Source of the DNA: Alphaproteobacteria bacterium
Lineage (GTDB): Bacteria > Pseudomonadota > Alphaproteobacteria > CALKHQ01
Reading direction: 5' to 3'
Assembly (NCBI GenBank): GCA_965227515.1
Contig: CBDDFZ010000001.1
Span: 928,001 to 992,000, forward strand
Length of the DNA stretch: 64,000 bases
Below the pieces are notes generated by a model that was not told where the DNA came from, did not search any database, and saw only the letters and a program-made list of their open reading frames with translations. Positions 57,764-64,000 of this stretch are shown here, one piece after another (position 1 is the first letter of the stretch; every line of letters begins with the position of its first letter). The translations under genes and the position numbers were made by a program.

Positions 57764-58723
57764 ATGAGACTGGAAAACATTCGGTTACTGTCGGTGCGAG
57801 CGTTGTGCATCGTGGCCGCGACAACGTCGGCGGCAACGATAGCCGCCGCCGATCCCGCAGTGGTGGAGGACACCGACTACTGGCGTGTGGTCGAGGTAAC
57901 CGGGACCGCGGTAATGCAGGCCGGCGCGAATCCGTGGAACGAAGCGACGCCGCTCAAAGCTGGCGATGTGGTCGGCCCGTATCAGTCGATTGCCACCGAG
58001 GCGGACGGCACGGCCGTTCTGACGCGCGGCGAGGACGTGATCGTCGTCTATCCCGGCACGTCGATCGCGCTGCCCGCGCCAGCCGCCGACCAGACGGAGA
58101 CCCACATCCTGCAGCCCTCGGGCCAGGCGTTCTATTCGGTCGACCCGCGGCCGGAGCCCGAGTTCACGGTCGAGACGCCATATTTGATCGCCGGCGTGAA
58201 GGGCACCGAGTTCGCCCTGACCGAGAACGGCGCCGTGCTGGAGGTTGCCGAGGGCGTCGTCGGCGCGGCCAACCGGGGCAGCGGCGCCCAGACCGATGTG
58301 CCGGCGGGCCGCACCGTTGACGGAGCTGCCAGCGGCCAGCCGTTCACGGCAGCCGCACTGAACCCCGCGGCGGCCGCACAGTGGAGCGCCCTCAGCGAAC
58401 AATTGGAAGCCACGGCCGACGCGCGCGCCGATGCCGTCTCGGACTTTGTTGAGGTCGAAACCGAAACCGTATCTCCGGGCAACAGCAACGGAGCCGGCAA
58501 CAGCGGCAACAGCAACGCTGGAGGTAACAGCGGCAACAGCAATGCCGGTGGCAACAGCAACGGTAACGGCAACAGCGGCAATAGCAACGCCGGTGGCAAC
58601 CGTGGCAACAGCAACGCTGGCGGCAACAGTGGCAACAGCAACGCTGGCGGCAACAGCAACGGAAACGGCAACAGCGGAAACAGTAATGCCGGCGGCAATG
58701 GGAACGGGAACGGCAACAACTAA
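57764..58723 (+). CDS. Secreted FecR-domain protein with Gly/Asn/Ser repeat tail
   Basis: Signal peptide; V..V.G, L..GD, T..DG.A.L, F.VETP...AGVKGTEF, V.EG.V. Start uncertain (57743 or 57764). Confidence 0.85.
   Translation: MRLENIRLLSVRALCIVAATTSAATIAAADPAVVEDTDYWRVVEVTGTAVMQAGANPWNEATPLKAGDVVGPYQSIATEADGTAVLTRGEDVIVVYPGTSIALPAPAADQTETHILQPSGQAFYSVDPRPEPEFTVETPYLIAGVKGTEFALTENGAVLEVAEGVVGAANRGSGAQTDVPAGRTVDGAASGQPFTAAALNPAAAAQWSALSEQLEATADARADAVSDFVEVETETVSPGNSNGAGNSGNSNAGGNSGNSNAGGNSNGNGNSGNSNAGGNRGNSNAGGNSGNSNAGGNSNGNGNSGNSNAGGNGNGNGNN
58478..58720 (+). repeat. In-frame GNSNAGGN(S) repeats (27-bp unit)
   Basis: Six GNSNAGGN units interleaved with NGNGNS. Confidence 0.9.
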
Positions 58724-58812
58724 TCTGGATTCGGCTTAGGCCGAACCTGAGCTTGCCGCCTGCGTCGACATTGCCGAGGCGCCCGTTCCATCACCGCTTC
58801 GTCCTGGTACCT

Positions 58813-60048
58813 CTACACTGAAATCGGGTGGCGCGCCGGTGAGTGCACGTGCTCCGGCCGCACGCCGAGCCCGACGAGCGCCGCGAGCTTGCCCTGCAGC
58901 CAGGGCACATGGGCGATGATCCGGAACGGTAGCGGTGGCTTCGGCGCCTCGCCGCGCGCCGCCAGGATCGGTGCCAGAATGCGCTTCTGCGCCTGCACCT
59001 GCATGAACTGGGTCGCCTTCACCGGCCACAGACGGCGCTTGCGCAGATCGGGCAGGTCGTCGTCTGTCAGGGCGCCGTCGGCCAGCTTGGCCGCGAACAG
59101 GTTGGCGGCGGCCACCGCGTCCTGGATCGCCAGGTTGATGCCGACCCCGCCGACCGGCGACATGGCGTGCGCGCTGTCGCCGATCATCACCAGGCCCGGC
59201 AGCGCCCACTGGCGCAGACGGTCGATCCGCACCGTCAGCAGCTTGACGTCGTCAAAGCTCTCGACCGCGTCGATGGTCTTGGCCAGATGCGCAGACGTCC
59301 GCGCCACCACGTCGTGAAACGCGGCAATGCCCTTCGCGCGCTCCGCCTCGGCGCCGCCCTTCGCGATCACGAACGCGCACTGGAAATAGTCGCCCCGGTC
59401 GAGGCTGATGACGATGTGGCCGGCGCCGGCATTGAACAGCGTCGACTCCGTCGCACCCGGCGGTTTCGGCACCTTGAACCAGAGCACGTCGATCGGTGCG
59501 CCGATGTCCTCGACCGCCAGGCCGGCCTTTTCGCGCACCGTCGAATGGCGGCCGTCCGCGCCGAGCACCAGCTTGGCGCTGACCTCAAGCGGACCGTCCG
59601 GGGTCGTCGCCTTGACACCGGTCACCCGGCCATCCGCACGCGCCAAGTCTTGCACTTCCGCGTTCATCTCGATGGAGAAGGTGGGCAGCGACGACGCCGC
59701 GGAGACCAGGAAATCGAGGAAGTGCCATTGCGGCATCAGGGCGATGAAGCGGCAGGTCGCCTTCAGGCGCGAGAAGTCGGTCATCTCGAACCGTTGGTCG
59801 CCGATCACGCCGCCCAGCCGCTCCACGCGCTGGTGCGGCCGCTGCAGGAAGCCGTCGAGGATGCCGAGCTCGTGCATCACCTCCAGGGTCGACGGATGCA
59901 CCGTGTCGCCCCGGAAATCGCGCAGGAAGTCACCGTGCTTCTCCAACACCAGGGTGCGGCACCCGGCGCGCGCGAACAGCAGGCCGGCCATCACGCCGGC
60001 GGGTCCGCCACCGGCAACGCAGCAGTCGACTTCGATGTGACGTGTCAT
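58813..60048 (-). CDS. FAD-dependent oxidoreductase (UbiH-like monooxygenase family)
   Basis: GGGPAG, EKH.DFLRDFRGDTVHPST, ADGRHS, IGD.AHAMSPVGGVGINLAIQDA. Confidence 0.93.
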   Translation of the reverse strand: MTRHIEVDCCVAGGGPAGVMAGLLFARAGCRTLVLEKHGDFLRDFRGDTVHPSTLEVMHELGILDGFLQRPHQRVERLGGVIGDQRFEMTDFSRLKATCRFIALMPQWHFLDFLVSAASSLPTFSIEMNAEVQDLARADGRVTGVKATTPDGPLEVSAKLVLGADGRHSTVREKAGLAVEDIGAPIDVLWFKVPKPPGATESTLFNAGAGHIVISLDRGDYFQCAFVIAKGGAEAERAKGIAAFHDVVARTSAHLAKTIDAVESFDDVKLLTVRIDRLRQWALPGLVMIGDSAHAMSPVGGVGINLAIQDAVAAANLFAAKLADGALTDDDLPDLRKRRLWPVKATQFMQVQAQKRILAPILAARGEAPKPPLPFRIIAHVPWLQGKLAALVGLGVRPEHVHSPARHPISV

Positions 60049-60098
60049 GTTGGTCCTCGCTCGACAGCGCAATGGCGCCGACGGTCAGGCCACCAGGG

Positions 60099-60461
60099 TC
60101 AGCCGTCGCGCATGTCGCACCAGGCGACGAAAATGGCACTCAGCTCGTCGCGCTTGGCTTCCAGGTCCTCCAGGCTCGCGACCTTGAAGCTGCGCGCCTC
60201 CTTGCTGTCCCCCTCCAGGTGCGGGAACGCGCCCGGGATCTCCGCGCCCTTATGGAACATCAGGCTGGCGTGCTTTTTCGCCTTCGGAAAGAAGCTGGCG
60301 ATGTTGCCCTTGTAGACGAAGGTGGGCGCCTGCCACTTGATGTCCTCGGTAATGCGCGCGTCGGCCGCCAGCGCCAGCTCGCGGATCGCGGCGACCACCT
60401 GCTTCATCGGGTTGTCATAGGCGTCCAGCCACGCATCGACGACCGGGTTCTTGTTCGCCAT
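60099..60461 (-). CDS. DUF1801 (YdhG-like) protein
   Basis: VD.W, IRE..L.AD..I.E.IKWQAPTF.Y.GN, LMFH.GA. Confidence 0.85.
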   Translation of the reverse strand: MANKNPVVDAWLDAYDNPMKQVVAAIRELALAADARITEDIKWQAPTFVYKGNIASFFPKAKKHASLMFHKGAEIPGAFPHLEGDSKEARSFKVASLEDLEAKRDELSAIFVAWCDMRDG

Positions 60462-60595
60462 GGCCTCGCACTCCCGTACGGAATATTTTGGATCGAACGA
60501 TACACGATCCGGGCGGGAGGGTGCAGGCCGCCTTCGCCGCTCACAAGAAATTGGCCGCACGCATCGACGGCCCGCACGCCAAGGAGGACGCATCC

Positions 60596-61300
60596 ATGAC
60601 CGACGACAGGGTCGCCATCATCACCGCCGGCGGCACCGGCATGGGGGCTGCCGCCGCGAAGCGCCTGGCCGCCGACGGGCACAAGGTCGCGATCCTGTCG
60701 TCCTCCGGCAAGGGCGAGGCGCTGGCCAAGGAGCTGGGCGGCATCGGGGTGACCGGGTCGAACCAGTCGAACGACGACCTGGGCCGCCTGGTCGACGCGG
60801 TGCTCGACGCCTGGGGCCGCATCGACGTGCTGGTGAACAGCGCCGGCCACGGCCCGCGCGCGCCGGTGCTGGAGCTGACCGACGAGGACTGGTACCGCGG
60901 CATGGAGGTCTACTTCCTCAACGTGGTGCGCCCGACGAGGCTGGTGACGCCGGCGATGCAGGCCCAGAAGGGCGGCAGCATCGTCAACATCTCCACCTAC
61001 GCGGCCTACGAGCCCGACCACAAGTTCCCGACATCGGGCGTGTTCCGCGCCGGCCTGGGCGCGTTCGCCAAGCTGTTCGCCGACAAGTACGCCGCCGACA
61101 ATGTGCGCATGAACAACGTCCTGCCGGGCTTCATCGACAGCCGGCCGGAGAAGGAGGAGTTCCGCGTCACCATCCCGATGCAGCGCTACGGCCGCGCGGC
61201 GGAAATCGCCGATGTGGTGGCGTTCCTGGCCTCCGACGGCGCCGGCTACATCACCGGCCAGAATATCCGGGTCGACGGCGGGCTGACCCGGGCGGTGTAG
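60596..61300 (+). CDS. SDR family oxidoreductase (atypical, no YxxxK)
   Basis: TAGGTGMG, VNSAGHGP, SGVFR, NNVLPGFIDS, TGQNIRVDGG; AGGAGG RBS. Confidence 0.92.
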   Translation: MTDDRVAIITAGGTGMGAAAAKRLAADGHKVAILSSSGKGEALAKELGGIGVTGSNQSNDDLGRLVDAVLDAWGRIDVLVNSAGHGPRAPVLELTDEDWYRGMEVYFLNVVRPTRLVTPAMQAQKGGSIVNISTYAAYEPDHKFPTSGVFRAGLGAFAKLFADKYAADNVRMNNVLPGFIDSRPEKEEFRVTIPMQRYGRAAEIADVVAFLASDGAGYITGQNIRVDGGLTRAV

Positions 61301-61375
61301 AAATGACGATCATGCGGTCGATGCCGCGACGTTGATGGGCAAACCGCGCGGAAAATCCCTATATGTGACCGCAAC

Positions 61376-62566
61376 ATGACGCCCCCGCCCGCCCCCCGCG
61401 ACCGACCTGACGACGACAGAACCGGCGATGACTGGCTTGCCAGCGTGCCGACGTTGGCCAACTTCGCCGAGGCCGCCGACCCGGCGCGCTATGCGCCATT
61501 GCCGGATGACTGGGTGATCGGCGTGTCCGACGTGGTCAATTCTACCACCGCCATTGCCGAGGGGCGCTACAAGGCGGTCAACGTGGCGGGTGCGGCCACC
61601 ATCAGCGCGGTCGGCAATGCGCTGGGCGGCCCGTTGCAGTTGTTCGCGTTCGCCGGCGACGGCGCCCACTTCGCCATTCCCGCCAGGCACCGCGCCACCG
61701 CCGAGCTGGCATTGGCCCGCATTTCGGACTGGGTGGGGCGCACCCTGCACCTGGACCTGCGCGTCGGCACCGTGCCGGTCGCCGACATCCGCGCCGCCGG
61801 ACTGGACGCGCGGGTCGCACTCTGGGCCGCGTCGCCCGACGTGCGCTACGCCATGTTTTCCGGCGGCGGGCTGGAATGGGCCGAGGCGCAGTTGAAGCAT
61901 GGCACGGTTGCCGTATCGGCCGCGGCCGACGGCACCGACCCCGACCTCAGCGGGCTGTCCTGCCAGTGGGGCGCTATCCGGCCGAAGCAGGGTGCGATCC
62001 TGTCGCTGATCGTGAAGAAGCCGCCGGACGCGAGCCAGGACCGCTTTGCCGCGGTGACCGACGCCGTGCTGGCCGAGCTGGAGGGCGAGGGGCGGCCCAA
62101 CCCGGTGCCGCAGCAGGGGCCGGACGTGCAGTGGCCGAAGGGCTCCATCTACCTGCAATCGCACGTGTCCTACGGGCATCAGCCGCACTGGCTGCGGGTG
62201 ACCAAGGTGTTCCTGTTCCAGGCGATGGCGTGGCTGGTGTTCAAGCTGGGCCTGCGGATCGGCCGGTTCGACGCCACCCGCTACCGGCGCGAGATCGCGG
62301 CCAACACCGACTTCCGCAAGTTCGACGAGGGCTTGCTGATGACGGTGGATTGCACGCCGGAGACGGTGGAGCGGCTGCGCGCGATCCTGGACGCCGCCGA
62401 GGCCGAGGGCGCGGTCCGCTATGGCATGCATGTGCAGGACGAGGCGCTGATGACCTGCCTGGTGCCGTCGCTGGTGGATTCCCACCATATGCACTTCGTC
62501 GACGGCGCCGGCGGCGGCTATGCCGCAGCCGCCCAACGGCTGCGCGAGCAGCCCAACATCGCCTGA
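61376..62566 (+). CDS. DUF3095 family protein
   Basis: PLPDDW....DVV.ST.AI..GRYKAVN..GA, F.F.GDGA, L.GLSC.W, DFRKFD, ALMTC.V, HFVDGA.GGYA.AA. Confidence 0.85.
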   Translation: MTPPPAPRDRPDDDRTGDDWLASVPTLANFAEAADPARYAPLPDDWVIGVSDVVNSTTAIAEGRYKAVNVAGAATISAVGNALGGPLQLFAFAGDGAHFAIPARHRATAELALARISDWVGRTLHLDLRVGTVPVADIRAAGLDARVALWAASPDVRYAMFSGGGLEWAEAQLKHGTVAVSAAADGTDPDLSGLSCQWGAIRPKQGAILSLIVKKPPDASQDRFAAVTDAVLAELEGEGRPNPVPQQGPDVQWPKGSIYLQSHVSYGHQPHWLRVTKVFLFQAMAWLVFKLGLRIGRFDATRYRREIAANTDFRKFDEGLLMTVDCTPETVERLRAILDAAEAEGAVRYGMHVQDEALMTCLVPSLVDSHHMHFVDGAGGGYAAAAQRLREQPNIA

Positions 62567-62665
62567 GCGCGGCGGGTGGCCAGGGCTGGCCAGTCACGCG
62601 AATGGTGTGATCCAATGCCCTCTACTGTCACCACCCACACAGTTGATCGGAGCCCCTACCACCAC

Positions 62666-62756
62666 CGTCATGCCCGCACTTGTTGCGGGCATCCACGTCT
62701 TGTTGGCCGCTCAAGCGGCCATCTCGTGGATGGTCGGGTCAAGCCCGACCATGACG
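62666..62756. repeat. Palindromic element type A (second copy)
   Basis: Arms nearly identical to 387-478; different central loop. Confidence 0.9.
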
Positions 62757-62813
62757 ATTGGATTTGATTTCAACGTGTTGGCTCGCCATTAACGCAATCA
62801 GTCTTGCTGCTGT

Positions 62814-62916
62814 GTCATTGCGAGCGCGGCGAAGCAGTCCAGGCGATTGCCGGGCTGAATGAAAGTCGCACTGGATTGCCGCGTCGCGCCGAATCCTCGG
62901 CGCTCCTCGCAATGAC
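62814..62916. repeat. Palindromic element type B (second copy)
   Basis: GTCATTGCGAG...CTGGATTGCCGCGTCGC...CTCCTCGCAATGAC. Confidence 0.85.
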
Positions 62917-62946
62917 GAGAGCAGCGGCTGCATGCTGTCGCCGGTA

Positions 62947-63699
62947 TCAGTCAGGTTTGCAGAACGGATCGCCCGGCTTGCAGAACTTCAGCGGCGACTG
63001 CCCGCCCGCCGCGGCGGTCGCGACGCCGGGATCGGCGGCCATGAACGCCGACGCGGCCTCATCGACGGCGGCGGCGTAGGCGGCCAAAGCCTTCTCCCGC
63101 ACCGCAAGCGCCGCCTCGACGGTCGGGCGGATCTCCTCCATCCGTTTCTGACGCTCCGCGTTGACGCGCGCTCCCATTTCGTCAGGCGACAAACTGCCGG
63201 CCTCGACCAGCGCCTGCTGCTCGGCGGCAAACGCCTCGACCGCTTGCATCGCCGGGCCCCACAGGGCGTCCGCCGCCTTGTCGGTTTCCGCCACGCTAGC
63301 GGTCCAGGTCTGCTCCGCCCGGTCGACCGCGGCGACATAGGCCGCCTCCGCCGGTCCATCGGCCGCGTCGGGCACTGCGGCGCCGATCATGGCGCGCAGG
63401 GAGGCATAGCCCTCGAATCCATCATGCCGCGCGGCGATATCGCCGCCGCGAAACAGCAGCAGCGACGGGAACACCTCGACCTCCCACTGCGTACTCAGGT
63501 CCTTGTGTTCGTCGCCATCCACGTCGGCGATGACGATGTGGCCATCGAACTCGGCCGCCAGCTTGCGCAAATGGGGCTTCATCTTCTTGCACGGGTCGCA
63601 CCATTCGGCCCCGACCTCGATCCACACGGGAACGTCCGATGACCGGATCAGCGATGTCGCGGATTCCGGGTCCAGGCTGCGCATCGGGCTGGTTGCCAT
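62947..63699 (-). CDS. Thioredoxin-domain protein with helical extension and Cys-pair tail
   Basis: AEWCDPCK, cis-Pro FP, Ala/Glu-rich helices, C-terminal FCKPGDPFCKPD. Confidence 0.82.
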   Translation of the reverse strand: MATSPMRSLDPESATSLIRSSDVPVWIEVGAEWCDPCKKMKPHLRKLAAEFDGHIVIADVDGDEHKDLSTQWEVEVFPSLLLFRGGDIAARHDGFEGYASLRAMIGAAVPDAADGPAEAAYVAAVDRAEQTWTASVAETDKAADALWGPAMQAVEAFAAEQQALVEAGSLSPDEMGARVNAERQKRMEEIRPTVEAALAVREKALAAYAAAVDEAASAFMAADPGVATAAAGGQSPLKFCKPGDPFCKPD

Positions 63700-63807
63700 C
63701 TGCTGCTTTCCTTCTCGCCAAGGCTGCCGCGAGGCAAGTGTATGAGCAGAAATTGAGGCACGCAAATGGCCGGGCACAACCCGGCCTGCCCGTCCATGGC
63801 GGCCCGG

Positions 63808-64000
63808 CTACCCTTCGATGGCGGAGAAGTCGGCGACCTGGCCCATGGTATCGCGGATTTCGGCCAGCAGTTTCAAGCGGTTGACGCGTAAGTCGGCATC
63901 GTCGGCGTTGACGGTGACGTCGTCGAAGAACGTGTCGACCGGGCCGCGCAATGCCGCCAGCGCCGCCATCGCGGCAGGGAAGTCCTCGGCATCCAGAGCC
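63808..64000 (-). CDS. glyS: Glycine--tRNA ligase beta subunit (3' end only)
   Basis: Hand translation ...[29 protein letters not shown]...VADFSAIEG*. Confidence 0.92.
   Translation of the reverse strand, partial: ALDAEDFPAAMAALAALRGPVDTFFDDVTVNADDADLRVNRLKLLAEIRDTMGQVADFSAIEG

Noticed and set aside
1-64000. Prophage, integrase, IS transposase, rRNA/tRNA or known anti-phage systems
   Set aside because: No such ORFs or RNA signatures found; the caspase lacks the NLR, gasdermin or CRISPR partners of known defence systems and appears exported.

Overview
GC-rich (by eye about 65-70%) alphaproteobacterial chromosomal segment, probably Rhodospirillales-like, inferred from the dapF-mtaB-ftsY order, pdxH next to RT0821-type lipoprotein genes, and the repeat families. 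There are about 58 CDS and no rRNA, tRNA, CRISPR array or intact transposase. Housekeeping anchors (gloB, pdxH, ftsY, mtaB, dapF, amn, cysS, glyS end) alternate with accessory cell-surface loci. The best candidate for an undescribed system is a two-gene exported module at 4.4-10.5 kb: a ~1480-aa signal-peptide caspase-like protease (C14 domain + 5 cadherin-like repeats + 3 PPC domains + peptidoglycan-binding domain + MORN-like repeats), followed by a secreted 9-repeat Sel1 protein and a perfect 24-bp inverted repeat. Other notable items: (i) an ~18-kb mostly minus-strand run with a substrate-less type I secretion pair, a small lipoprotein missing from the ORF track, a degenerate EAL protein, phosphatase, flippase, glycosyltransferase, deacetylase and an ABC importer; (ii) a CHASE2-PAS kinase divergent from a FecR protein with an Asn/Gly repeat tail; (iii) an expanded set of glycine-zipper/17-kDa-antigen lipoproteins; (iv) several families of REP/RPE-like palindromic elements, two present as composite copies; (v) recurrent 15/18-bp tandem duplications at gene termini; (vi) a low-GC patch inside cysS; (vii) a frameshifted aldo-keto reductase. 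All family calls come from motif recognition by eye, not database searches.
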